A stretch of 64,000 bases of DNA from Chiloscyllium plagiosum. Its lineage: Eukaryota. The notes beneath the pieces are model-generated. The model was not told the origin of the DNA and made no database searches. It saw only the letters and a list, made by a program, of their open reading frames with translations. Location: NCBI RefSeq assembly GCF_004010195.1, contig NC_057720.1, positions 22,162,243-22,226,242 of the forward strand, given 5' to 3'. The first letter of the stretch is position 1. Each line of letters begins with the position of its first letter. A program made the translations under genes and the position numbers. Of this stretch, positions 38,586 through 51,389 are shown piece after piece.

Positions 38586-40269
38586 ACAGATAAATTGCAA
38601 CTGTCTGCTTTTTGTCTGCTGCCTAACCCGGACGGCTTGCTCTTTTAGAAAACACACACAGATAAATTAAACAAAGAAACATTCCACCCCCGTCTTTTCC
38701 AACATGGTATGTTTTAGTGTGGTTTCAAACAGGAACATAAACAAATTACTTTACCTTAAATATAACTCTTTGATTCTGTAACCTGTACGAATAGTTAATA
38801 TTTCTAATGCAGGTTTCCAACTTCTTCTCCCAGAATTGCTGACCCTGTTAAGGAACTCTTATTTACAACATTTGATTTACCTCCTTTTGTTTTGAGAACT
38901 ACATACATAATTTAAAACATATTATTGCAGTAAGTGGCTTTCATTCTGGCTCCATTACAAGCGCAGAAATGAGTCATTCATATTTTATAGTTTACACTTC
39001 TACCTTTGACCTTGCAAGATACATATAGATTAGCTTTTAACAATTTTCTCCAAGTTTTATTTGAATTGTGCTCTCTTGAAATGCCTCCCAATTTTTCTAC
39101 AAGAGATTCCAAATTTTCTTTAATTACCACTTTAATTCCTAGAACAAAAAACCTTTCACCTGCACAGTGTATCTCTGTGAGACGACAGAAAGCTTTGTGA
39201 TGATCTCAATCAGAAATGTCAATATTTTGAAACATATAAACCATGAACCAGAACAAACGATAAGCAAAAATGACTCGATGTTAAACTTGCTTCATTCATT
39301 AAATAAATACATACTTTTGATCTGAATTTCTAAATAAAATATATTTTCTGCACAAATTAGGGTATTTATATTGACAAAACAAGAATAAAACAAGACTGCA
39401 GAAGAAAGATTTTACCAGTTGCAACTGTTCTTTCAATTAAAAATAAAACTTGTGCAAAAAATTACATTTTGGTCACTTGTGAAAACTCCTGACATTACAC
39501 CAGCTTTTTTTATATACATCTCATTATTTTGGAACTTCTCCCTTTTCAAGCTGATCTGCTAATTGGAACATCTTATTTTAGTCCAATAAACTGGTTAAAC
39601 AATCTGTTTTGAGCTCAGCTGGAATTTTTATCTGTGCCTCAAATCACTTCGCCTGAAAAACATCAAAGGTGGACTTCGTATTCAACACATTTAGACTAAT
39701 GTAGCCAAATATCAAAATAAATCAGACTGAGAATTTCTGAGTAGCTTGTAAGCAATTTTAACATCAGTCTCTTACTTCTGCCCCACAAGTGTGCCACTAC
39801 ATCGACTGGAATTCATTTTAAGACATCCATTACTTTTGTATGCTTGAATCTCCAAGGATTGTTACAGTGAGACAAAATTTGAACACTGATGCAAATAGCA
39901 ACTTGCTGAACTTGCAATGGCTCTGGCTATTACTCAGCCGTAGAAATAATAGGATATAATTTAATCCTTGAAAATGAATAGTTTTTGGTTGGTGGAAAGT
40001 AAAATGATAAAAAAAACACAACTAATCCTAACTCACTTCTAGTTTTAAAACAGGAGGCAGAGAGGTCAATCTCCTCGCTGCAAGAAGAACCTTAAAAAAT
40101 ATTTTAAATAATTTGTTTTCACCTCACTTCTAATTTCAGCAACTGTCAGGTTTCTTTGACCTTGAGAAAATCAACAAGTAAAATTAACTGAGAAGGGCTG
40201 CATCGATCTTTGTTTGAGGACAAGCCACCTGGAGGTATTTATTCCAGGGCCAACATCCTGTAAATCACA

Positions 40270-41195
40270 GAAAGTTACTGAGAAACTCAGTAGGTCTGGC
40301 AGATTCTCTGGAAAGAAAGCAGAGTTAACATTTTGAGTCCAGTGACCTTCTTCAGAACTGACTGTAGCTAGGAAAAGGTTGGTACTAATGCTAGAGATAG
40401 GTGGAGGAGGACAAGTAAACAACAGATGGAGATGAAGGCCAGAGAGAGAACAGTTGGATAGACAAAGGAATGGGTAAAGGTCATTCTGGAGAATGACCAG
40501 CTGCTAATAGTGATTATTGGTGGCTGACAATGGGTTGCTCTGGTAGCAGCCCCTGTGATGACAAGATCTGGTATATGGGGCTTGGTGCAAGGAAATGGGA
40601 GAATATGTTCATGCCCTATAATTGTTGAGCTTGATATTAAGCCCAGACAGCTGCAGAGTTCCCTTGTGGAAAATGAGGTGTTGTTCTGCCAGCATCCGCT
40701 GAGTTTGACTGCAGCACTACAGGAAGCCCAAGACAGATGTTGTCCAGGGAACTAGTTGGCATATTGAAGTAGCAGGCAACCAGAAACAATTTTAGGGTCT
40801 AAGCACCTTCTCCTATGTCCTACCTCCTACCCCCACACACTAGGCCTTGTGATCACATGGACTGCTACCACAAACAACCCATTGTCACCTACTAATGGCC
40901 CCCCATTAACAGCCATTCATTCTCCCAGGCTGACCTTAACCCATTCCTGCATCAGCCCAACTGTTTTTCTCTCACTTGACTTCATCTTCACCTACCGTTT
41001 ACTCCTCTCTCCTCCCCCCATCTCATCTTTAGCAAATAAACCAACCTTTTCTCAACTGCAATCAGTTCTCATGAAGGGTCACTGGACCCAAAACGTTAAC
41101 TGCATTCTCAACAAACACTACCAGAACTACTGAATTTTATTTCAGCATTTTCTACATTTTGTTTCTGATTTCCAGCATCTTTAGATTTATTTTTT
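40270..41195. mobile_element. PLE insertion with inverted arms and 15-bp TSD
   Basis: Minus arm ~40270-40790 and plus arm ~40800-41180, both with degenerate hammerheads; TSD atcctgtaaatcaca at 40255-40269 and 41196-41210. Confidence 0.8.
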
Positions 41196-42240
41196 ATCCT
41201 GTAAATCACACCTCATTTCCCCCCCACCTAAATTGCCATATAGAGTCTATAATACACCCCATCCATTGCCTCCCCATTTCCTTGTGTAACCTCGTTTCTC
41301 CCCACCCCAACTATTTTTATTGACCCCCCCCCATCAACTGTCCCTCCCATTATAACACAGAAGGTCATGTGGTACAAGATAGAACTGGATCCAATGTTTG
41401 CACACCTTTATGACATTCTGCTTATGGAACTTCACATTTCAAATACACACCTCCTCACCCCTACAACCATGATTTCAGTCTGTTCCCATTTATAGTGGCC
41501 CAAGGGACTGGCCAGTTAATGCCTATCACTTGTATATATTTAAAAGCAATTACACTGCAATTAACACTCAACACAACCATCTGCTCTGTTACTGTGGCCT
41601 TGTGCAACAGGAGTTTCCAGCCAACAAGTTTGTAAATCAGGCTGGCAATTGGGATGGAAATCTTGAGGAACAAATGAAAGTGTATCCTGTTATGAAAATG
41701 TCACAGCATTTGGAGGAAACCTATTCTGAAGGGTTTTATAGCCATTACCTTCCATTTCACCCTGCTCCAACCTCCCATCTTCGCAACTAACCTGGCAAAC
41801 TTTCAAAAATATTTTTGTCAGTAAGCTGTCATAATGCTTTCAACACAACCTATGTTATTAATCTTCAATCAGTTGGTAGTTTCATTTCACTGAATTACAT
41901 TTTAAATTTGTCATTTGCTTTTAGTTCTCTACTTTGAAAAAGATATCAGAAGATTTTATATTTAAAAATTAAAAGTGCAACAATGCAACACAACAAATCA
42001 TCTAAATGTTGAATCCATTATAACATTGTATTCTTCGCTGTGTTCGATTACCCTAATGCACCTTGTATGATATTATCTGTCTGTACTATAAGCAGAACAA
42101 AACTTTTCACTGTATCTCGGTATATGTGACAATAATAAATCAAATCAAGATCAAACATACAGAGTAGTAAATTCCTCTGATACATTCCATATGAAGTATC
42201 CCTTTAAAACTTATATTTTATTTTGATAAATTCTGATATA

Positions 42241-42830
42241 TAAGAACATAAGGAATAGGAGCAAGAGTGGGTCAAGATTAGAGTGGTGCTGAAAAAGCAC
42301 AGCAGGTCAGGCAGCATCCGAAGAGCAGGAAAATCGATGTTTCGGGCAAAAGCCCTTCATCATTTTGCCTGAATTATCGATTTTCCTGCTCCTCGGATGC
42401 TGCCTGACCTGCTGTGCTTTTCCAGCACCACTCTAATCTTGATTCTGATCTCCAGCATCTGCAGTCCTCACTTTCAATGCAGGAGTGGGTCATGCAGCCC
42501 CTCCAGCCTGCCCAAACATTTCACAAGATTATGGGTGATCTGCCGCAGGACTTATTTCACCTTTTGTGCTTGCTCAGCATTGCCATCAACTGCCTAATAT
42601 TTTTAAATCTATCTACTTTCACTTAACCATCACAGCTCTCCAAGATAGAGAATTCCAAATATTCACTCCGCTCTGGGAGAAGAGAGTCCTGCGTGTCTCA
42701 GTTTTAAGTGAGTGTCCAATGTCCCCTACTTCATGATTCTCTCAAGACTAGAAACATGTTCTCCAAATCTATTTCATCAAGCCCCCTCAGAATCATGTGA
42801 GTTTTTATAAGATCAGCCCTCATTCAATAA
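42241..42830 (-). mobile_element. Old CR1 3' fragment with a fold-back PLE terminus inserted at ~42273-42474
   Basis: taagaacataag tail; inverted arms aagattagagtggtgctg...aaatcga and tcgattttcc...cagcaccactctaatctt. Confidence 0.75.
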
Positions 42831-42872
42831 TATGCTAAACTATATTAAACAATCAATCAGATTTTCAAACCA

Positions 42873-43012
42873 AAACACCAAAGAACTGCAGATGTTGGAA
42901 ATCAGAAACATAAATCAGAGATTGCTGGAAAATCGCAGCAGGTCTGGCAACATCTGTGGGGAGAAATCAGGATTAATGTTTCAGGTCCAATGACCCTTCT
43001 TCATTACCCTGT
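42873..43012 (-). mobile_element. PLE mini-insertion beginning at the hammerhead, with 16-bp TSD
   Basis: TSD tcagattttcaaacca at 42857-42872 and 43013-43028; minus strand reads TGAAGA A GGGTC attg GACCT GAAA CATT. Confidence 0.8.
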
Positions 43013-43167
43013 TCAGATTTTCAAACCACCAAACTCCTGGGGCAATATATGATTATCATTGCTGAGGGAGAGAAGAGAAAATAATTCCAAAAAATATAGA
43101 ATGAAAATGGGGCTACGAGGAAAGAGGAGTGAAATAAACAGAGCAGGGAAAAGGGCTATAGAAAAGA

Positions 43168-44105
43168 GTCATGATTTGGACTGGGGTGTACAAAGTTAAA
43201 AATCACACAACACCAGGTTAGAGTCCAACAGGTTTAATTGGAAGCACACTAGCTTTCGGAGCGACGCTCCTTCCTCAGGTGATAGTGGAGGGCTCAATCC
43301 TAACACACAGAATTTATAGCAAAAATTTACAGTGTGATGTAACTGAAATTATACATTGAAAAATTAATTGTCTGTTAAGCCTTTCATTTGTTAGAACACA
43401 GTGATAATTTCACTTCTTTCATGTGTAAAGCACAAAACCTTTTTTTAAAAAAGTTGCATTCTCAGGTTAGCTGTTAACAATGGTGACAGCTAGACAATAC
43501 GTTGAAGGTGTTGGCCCCTGTGTTCTCTGTCTTGCCATGATGTTTAGATTGATTCTAATCTAAAAAGTGAGATAACGGAGTTATGCAGTTTTTGAGCTCA
43601 GAGTTCTACATGAATGCATGCAGTTTTTGAGCAATGTAACCCTGCAAGTACAAATTCACCCCACAAAATATTTGTGCGTGTGGGTCTTTGTCTGTCTGTG
43701 TGTGTCTGTCTGTCTGGGTTGGGGGTTGCGAATGTGAGAAAGTGTATGTGTGTGTAGTGAGTGCAGAGTGTCTTAAGTCTGTGAGGGGTGCATGTATGAG
43801 TGTGGGAGTGTGTGGGTGTGTGTGGGTGTCTATGTGCGCGCCTGTGTGTATGTGTGTCCGTGTGTATGTGTGTATAGGAGTGCCTGTGTGTGTGTGAGAG
43901 TGTGTGTGTGTAGGAGTAATCTGTGTGTGTGTATAGTGCAATGGTGGTCATCTGTAATGTGACATGAACCCAAGGTCCCGGTTGAGGCCCTCCCTATGGG
44001 TACTGAACTTAGCTATCAGCCCTACTCGGCCACTTTTCTCTGTTGCCTGTCCCGAAGTCCACCTTGGAGTATGGTCACCCGAAGGTCTGAGGCTGAATGT
44101 CCTGG
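43168..44105 (-). mobile_element. Penelope-like element 3' part: GIY-YIG end, CA-rich 3' UTR and pLTR
   Basis: LIAKFSTHREGLNRDLGFMSHY C-terminus; TG/CA low-complexity tract at ~43690-43930; terminus shared with 15746-15921 and 36400. Confidence 0.85.
43247..43281 (-). ncRNA. Minimal type I hammerhead ribozyme, intact core, in DPYD sense orientation
   Basis: Minus strand reads CAC CTGAGGA A GGAGC gtc GCTCC GAAA GCTA GTG: perfect 5-bp stem II, palindromic AGCU stem III, CUA triplet and CAC/GUG stem I. Confidence 0.75.
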
Positions 44106-44133
44106 TCCATATAATAAAGAGAGAACTGGAGGA

Positions 44134-45850
44134 GAACATTGAACATGGAAGATTACAGCACAATATAGGCCTATCAGCCCTTGTTGTTGCGCCGACCTGT
44201 GAAACCAATCTGAAGCCCATCTAACCTACACTATTCCATTCTCACCCATATGCCTATCCATTGACCACTTAAATGCCCTTAAATTTGACGAGTCTACTAC
44301 TATTGCAGGCAGAGTGTTCCAGACCCTTACTACTCTCTCAGCAAAGAACCTACCTCTGACATCTGTCCTACATCTATCACTCCTCAATTTAAAGCTGTGT
44401 CCCCTTGTGCTAGCCATCACCATCGGAGGAAACCATCACCCTATCTAACTCTCTGATGATCTTATATGTCTCAATTAAGTCACCACTCAACCTTCTTCTC
44501 TGTAACAAAAGCAGCCTCAAGTCCCTGCTTGAGATCTTCCTCATGAGACCTTCCCTCCATACCAGTCAACATCTTGGCAAATCTCCTCTTCACCCTTTCC
44601 AATGCCTCCACATCCTTCCTATAATGCAGCGACCAGAACTCCAAGTGCAGCCACACCAGAGTTTTGTACAGCTGCAGCATGACCTCATGGTTCCAAAATT
44701 CAATCCCTCTACCAATAAAGGCAACACACCCGAACACCTTCTTAACAACCCTACCAGCGTGGGTGGCAACTTTCAGGGATCTATGCATATGGACACCGAC
44801 ATCTCTCTGCTTATCCACACTACCAAGAATCTTACCATTCGGGCAGTACTCTGTTCCTGCTACTCCTACTAAAGTGAATCACCATTTTTCCCATCAACCA
44901 TCACCCTCTGTCTTCCTCCTTTTTCTGATCCAAACTGCTGAATCACCCTCAATCGCATGCCTCTGTATTTTCTGCAACAGCCTACCATGGAGAACCTTAT
45001 CAAATGCCTTACTGAAATCCATATACACCACATCAACTGCTTTACGCTCATCCACCTGTTTGGTCACCTTCTCAAAGAACTCAATAATGTTTGGGAGGCA
45101 TGACCTAACCTTCACAAAATCGTGTTTGACCATCCCTAATCAAATTATTCCTTTCTAGATGATTATAAATCCTATCTCTTATAATCCTTTCCAACACTTT
45201 ACTCACAACCGAAGTAAGGCTCACTGATCTATAATTTCCAGGGTTGTCTTTACTCCCCTTCTTGAACATGGGGACAACATTTCCATCCTCCAATCTTCTG
45301 ACACTATTCCTGTAGACAATGACAACATAAAGAACAAAGCCAAAGGCTCCGCAATCTCCTCCCTGGCTTCCCAGAGAATCCTAGGATAAATCCCATCTGG
45401 CCCAGGGGACTTATCTATTTTCACACTTTCCAGAATTGCTAACACCACCTCCTTATGAACCTCAATCCCGTTTAATCTAATAACCTGTATCTTAGTACTC
45501 TCCTCGACAACATTGTCATTTGCGTGTGTGAATACTGACAAAAAAACTCATTTAGTGATTCTCCAATCTCCTTAGACTCCACACACAACTTCCTACTACA
45601 GTCCTTGAATGGCCCTAACCTTATTCTGGTCATTCTTTTATCCTGACAAACCTATCAAAAGCTTTAGGCTTTTCCCTGATCCTATCTGCCAATGACTTCT
45701 CATGTCCCCTCCAGGCTCTTCTTAGCACTTCTTTTGGTCCTTTCTGGGTAACTGGTAACTCGCAAGCGCCCTAACTGAACCTACACATCTCATCTTTACA
45801 TAAGCCGCTTTCTTTCTCTTGACAAGAGATTCAACTTCTTTAGTAAACAG
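44134..45850 (-). mobile_element. CR1 LINE, ORF2 RT to 3' end with frameshifts and deletions
   Basis: KSPGPDGIYPRIL, GNYRSVSLTSVVSK and VDVVYMDFSKAFDKV; gaacat tail. Confidence 0.92.
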
Positions 45851-45999
45851 AAGAAAGTCAGAAGGAAAGAGGGGAAATGTTTGGTGGACTATTCTCAGAG
45901 AATTCTGAAGTGATTGCTATTGACCATTTGTTGCTTTCTATCCATGTCAATTACTTCACCTGGTCACCTACTGAATCCAAATCTATCGCCAGCTCTCTG

Positions 46000-46320
46000 G
46001 AATCATTGGATCCCTACAGTGTGGAAACAGGCCATCCGGCCCATCGAGTCACAATGACCCTCTGAAAAGCATCTCACCCAGAACCATCCCACCCTTCTCC
46101 TGTAACCCTGCATTTCCCAGGTTCAATCCACCCAGCCTGTACATTCCAGGACGTTATGGGCAATTTAGCATAGCCAATCCACCTAAGCTGGACATCCTTG
46201 GACTGTGGGAGGAAAACTGAAGCACCCATGAGGAAATTCAGAGAGACACAGAGAGAATGTGCAAACTCCACACAGACAGTCATCCGAGGCTGGAATCGAA
46301 CCTGGATCCATGGTGCTGTT
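46000..46320 (-). mobile_element. Diverged V-SINE
   Basis: Reverse complement of ggttcgattccagcctcgg.tgactgtctgtgtggagtttgcac. Confidence 0.75.
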
Positions 46321-46912
46321 GGACTCATTTTGCCACTGGATCAAGATAAGGAAGACCAAGGGAGAGAGATTGATGATCTACAACTCATCCTCATTATAAT
46401 CCAATTCACGCAAACCTAATTTAATCAACAACCATCTTCTGTCCATCATCTATCTGTCAGAAGTCCTGCAGTGATGAGTGAACAGAGCAGCAGATATGGG
46501 AGCTGTAGCTGTGAATCTGCACATAGATGGTACGGGCCATAAAGGTCATTTTTCACTGGAATGAAGCAGAGTGGATCTCAGCAGCTGTGTGCATGACTGA
46601 GCTGCCATATTCAGGAACATACTCCTCACCTCCATAATATGGGAAGATGCTGAAAAAGTGCCCTACTCTTGATCTGCTTCAGCTGTCTGGCTGGCAGATT
46701 CCCGGTCACTAATGGATGGTCTATATGAGTGCCAAATCCCCTTCAGTACATTTCTCTTCTCTATGCTCCCAAATGCTTTCCATGGCGGAAAACACTGCTC
46801 TAAAGTCAGACTTTAAATGGATCAGAAGCTGCAAAATCTGAGAAAATTCCAAGCAAAGACCAAGGTCTCCAAGGATAATCTTGATTTCCTATAAGCAAGT
46901 GACTGAATGCTA

Positions 46913-47400
46913 AAGTCATAGAGTCATACAACATTGAAACAGACTCTCCGCCCAATCAGTCCATGCTGAACTTAATCCCAAACTAAACCAGTCCCACCTG
47001 CCTGCGCTTGGCCCACATCCCTCGAAACATTTCCTATTCATGCACTTACTAAATGCCCTTTAAGCATTGTAACCAAACCTCCTCTGGAAGTTTATTCCAC
47101 ACACGAACTACTCTCTGTGTAACAATGTTGCCCCTCACGTCTTTTTAAAATCGCTCTCTTCTCACCTTAAAAAAATGCCCCCTCGTCTTGAAATCCCCCA
47201 CCCCAGGGAAAGGACACCTGCCATTTACTTTATCTATCCTCCTCATTATTTTATAAATCTCAATAAGATCATCCCTCAATCGCCTACGCTCCAATGGAAA
47301 AAAGTCTCAGCCAATCCAGCCTTGCTTTCTAACTCAAACCCTCCAGTCCTGACAACATCCTGGAAAAGCTTTTCTGAACCCTCTCCAGCTTAATAATGTT
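46913..47400 (-). mobile_element. CR1 LINE 3' fragment
   Basis: agtcatagagtcata tail and UTR matching 11556 and 16752. Confidence 0.8.
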
Positions 47401-47409
47401 CTTCTAAAG

Positions 47410-48300
47410 CTGAATATGATATGTAGCACGGGCTAATTCTTAAAATCGTGTAACAGCTTCAACCTTACAATCAGCATGGAGGAAACTGAGGTACCAGCCT
47501 GTGCCAGGAATGTCTGAGGTTTCAGCTCCTGACTAGAACCTGTTAGCAATGGATACACTCACTAATCTCAGCAGTGCACTCTCTCAAACTATCGAAACTA
47601 ATGGTGAAACACATGTGAGAATTGCCAAAGCAAGCACAGCCCTTGGCAGACATCAAACATCAACGTGGAAATGAAGAGGACTATGCCTGTCCGCCTGCCA
47701 AGCTGCAAGCCTACACAGTGATAACCCTGCCCACTCTGATTTGTGTATGTGAGACTTGCACTTGTGTGCGAGCATTGTGCCAAGTAAATCAAACATTTTC
47801 ACTTCAGCTGCCTGCAGGGGCTTCTGAAGTTCAATTCGCAGGACTGAATACCAGACAGCATCAAGAACACTTGAGCTGGCACGCCACCATACTAAGCTAG
47901 ATTGGTCATGCAGCCAGGACGTCTGACACTTGCTAACCAAAGCACATCATCTGTGGAGATCTTGAATCCAGGGCACAATCGCAAAATGATCAAAGAAATG
48001 GTACTTGGACACTCTGAACACTTTGCTGAGGACTTTTGATATCAACTTTGGGTTCCGGTTCAGTGTGACCACGCCTGGTTCATCCAAATAAAAAATACTG
48101 GCACCTTAAAAGACAACGAGAAAGCACAAGACGAGTTGCTGTGTCAGAATTGCCTCATCAGCAAGTCAGTTATCTGTGTTACCCAGTCCCAGTTGCAGCA
48201 AATCCTTTTGGGTGCAGATGGGTTTTACCTCCCACTCCAGTGGTATCCTATCAGATATTGCATGATGAATGTAATCACCTTCACCTTAAATGATGAATAA
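47410..48300 (+). mobile_element. Degraded RTE-clade LINE C-terminal region
   Basis: KASTALGR, KLQAYTVITLPTLICVCETCT and IGHAARTSDTC*PKHIICGDL resemble RTE motifs KASxAFGRL, KLxVYxAVVLPTLLYGCETW and WAGHVARMxDxRLPKxIFYGEL. Confidence 0.7.
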
Positions 48301-48618
48301 GGAGTGCCTGCCTCTCAATTGGTAGCTTTCCAAGTATTGAGCTGATGGTGCAGGGATGTCAATATTGAGAAAACAGGTCACAAATTTCTGATGTTATAGC
48401 ACACTGGAACATCAGTAGATATCTACTCCACCCTCTTCGTCTTGAGCTTGATTTATCTTTTCTTAAATTTCTGTTTAACAGCTCTTCTGGCTTAAATTTA
48501 TGTTGCTTCTATCAATTCCACTTTTTTCCCTTTCTTTCTGTTTCAGTTGGCTGGATCTCATCATGGGCTTTGAGACAAAATAAGGGTCCTCAGCCTGCAC
48601 TTGCTGACACCAAAACCA

Positions 48619-48746
48619 TTCCTGATGAAGAGCTTATGCTCGAAATGTTGATTCTCCTCTTCCTCGGATGCTGCCTGACCGGCTGTACTTTTCCAGCACC
48701 ACACTTTTTGACTCTGACCTCCAGCATCTGCAGTCCTCACTTTCTC
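48619..48746 (+). mobile_element. 128-bp PLE mini-insertion starting at a hammerhead motif, with 15-bp TSD
   Basis: TSD ctgacaccaaaacca at 48604-48618 and 48747-48761; ttc CTGATGA A GAGC ttat GCTC GAAA TGTT gatt. Confidence 0.85.
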
Positions 48747-49524
48747 CTGACACCAAAACCAGGTTTTTGTGGATGTAGCTTCCTCATTGGCTGCCTCTCT
48801 GCTCTGGTAAGGACAAAGGCTGAAGTCCCAATGCTGCGGACCCAAACAGAGATCAAGCAGAAAAGAAGTGCTTCATCTTGAAACCTTTTCGCCGACCCTC
48901 CCATGGGTCTCTGGAGCCCAGAGGGTGATGTGAGCGCAGATGAGGTAGGCTAGAGACCACGAGGGCACCTCAACATGCAGGTACCCTCAGAGGACTAGAT
49001 CTAAAACTAAACAGATGAGATGAAGCCATTAGATATCTTGGAAAAGGAGAGAATGCTCTCCTGATGAATTAATGGGTCCATACCCAGAGCCCTCATATTG
49101 AGGCATGGAGCCTGAGACTCTAAAGAAAGCCTCATCCTACTGCAAGGAGTGGCCTCTTCACTTGGTGAAGTTTATTCCTCCAGTGAAAACTGCCAATCTT
49201 TTAATTCACTGCCCCCTCCATGCTGTGGGAGGGCAATCTTCAGAAATTATCCCTGCGCTGGGAATGATCCAGAGAGACATCTGGTCTTGCCATAAATTTC
49301 AAACCCACCATCACGGGGTTTAGGGAACTCTTTGTTTCTCAAAGCCAGCTTTTGGTTGCCTTTTACTTTTGAACATAGTAGCTCAAGTGCCATTCAATGG
49401 GCAATTGAGAGTCATCTATGTTGTTATAGGTTTTGAATCCCATTTAGGCTGGACTTACTTCTCCGAAGGAAGTTAACCAGTTTGGTTTTAACACGAAACA
49501 AAGAGTTTCTTCTATTCATTTACA

Positions 49525-49830
49525 GGTTGAGGGCATTTCTGGCTCAACCAGCATTTATTGCCCATCCCTAATTGCCCAGAGGGTCTGGAGTTATATGCAA
49601 GGCAAACCAGGTAAGGATATCAGTTTCTTTCCCTAAGGAATATTTGTGAACGAGGTGGGCTTTTGAAACAATTGACAATCCATTTGTGGTCATCACTTGA
49701 CTCTTAATTTCAGATTTTTATTGAATCCACATTCCACCATCTGCTATCATGGGGTTAGAACCTGAGTCGCCAGAACATTACCTGGGTCTCTAGACTAACA
49801 ATCCAGTGATAACACCACGAGGCCATCACC
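49525..49830 (-). mobile_element. DeuSINE (SacSINE1-like)
   Basis: ccagcatttattgcccatccctaattgccc tail and a tRNA-like head at the right end (ccagaacattacctgggtctct...ccagtgataacacc). Confidence 0.65.
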
Positions 49831-51389
49831 ACCCTTTAAAGTGGCTATAATGGTCACCAGCACTAACGCTCTGCTCGAATTATTATTAGAGTTTAAACTC
49901 TAATGGCTGCTGTGATGGGATTTGACCTAATGGCCCAACAGCAGTAGCTTGGGACTCTGGGAGTCTAATGACTAATCTAGTGACATTGCCCAAACCACCT
50001 CCCCCAAATTTAAATTTAACTGTTGAGTTAACCATGAGCAAAACTATTCAGAGTAGTAAAGATCCACAAGAATACCAGCTGAAATGGTTGGAATTTTAGA
50101 GGATAATGTAAAAATCTGATAAAGCCATCATTAAAGAAAAGTTCACATGTTCGAACATTCATCCACAGCAAAGAAAAAATGCATTCAAATCTGAATATTG
50201 ACCATTCCTTGTATGTTGTTGTGTATGTGCAAAAGTATAGTTGTCCACTTTATAATATAACCTCCATAACAAAAAGACAGTTAAGAATCAATCACTTTCC
50301 TATGGGTCATATTAAGCCAGACCAGATGAAGACAGCATATCGATTTCCCTGAATGAGATGGATTTTTTAAAAAGACAATTGATTTTGTTCAGTTACATCT
50401 CACGGTCAGTATGTCAGCACGCCTGTAAGAGACATGCTCGTGGCATCATCAGTGTGTCAAGCATTTGACCTGGAGGTATAAAGAACCCATGTCCTGTCTT
50501 AACTCAGATCACTTGAAGCATGGCAGGTCACTAGAAATCTGTTGTAATCAAATAGATTAATACTAGCCCAGGCACTAATGTGTCTATGAATGTAACATTT
50601 ATATATGTTAGTAAGATGCAATAAATGTTTGTTGGATCTTTCAATAGCCCATTATCTATTCCCGGTTTCTTATGAGAGATAACATAAGCATTGCTGCATC
50701 AAGTAAAACAAGTTACTGGAGAAAAACCCTCTGGTGATTATTATTGAGATCAGCTTTCTATTCCATGTTTCTATTGACAACTTAAATTCCACCTGCTGTC
50801 ATGATGGGATTTGAACTTATGTCCTTGGATCATTAGAATAGGTATTTGAATTACTTTTGCAGTGGCAGTGCCACAGTGCCAAAATATCCTCTCCAACATA
50901 ATACAGTTCTTCATTATTACAAGTTTTCTACTGACCCATTGAAAAACAATAGCAAGTTCAATGTAAAATGTGGCATACCACCAAAACGTATTGTAGGACA
51001 AGTTCACCCCTGAACTTCCATTATCAAGAGCAGTTTTGTTTATTTGATGCTGTCGAAATAAAAAGAGTGCTTTCAGCTTATCACGTAAAACAGGAATTCA
51101 CATTATAACCACACACTCCTGACATGCCCTCCTACACCTCCTCCTCAAAGTATCAAAACTACTGACCTGCAAGAGTTCCCAACAAGTACAAATATCAACT
51201 AAGAACAGAAAAATTAAGAAAAGCTTCTGAAAGAAGCAGCAAGCAAAAGAAAAGTTCATTAGTAGTAATTGCCAGGCTTCTCACTGAAATCCACCTCTGG
51301 GCGATTGGCAACACTCCTAGGTTCAAAACTTTCAACCACCTACCAGCAAAACAAGCTGACTAAAATCCAATCATGCACAAAATAACATG

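Noticed and set aside
43598..43951. His/Thr-rich ORFs (also 62423-62719)
   Set aside because: Translation artefacts of CA/TG low-complexity DNA.
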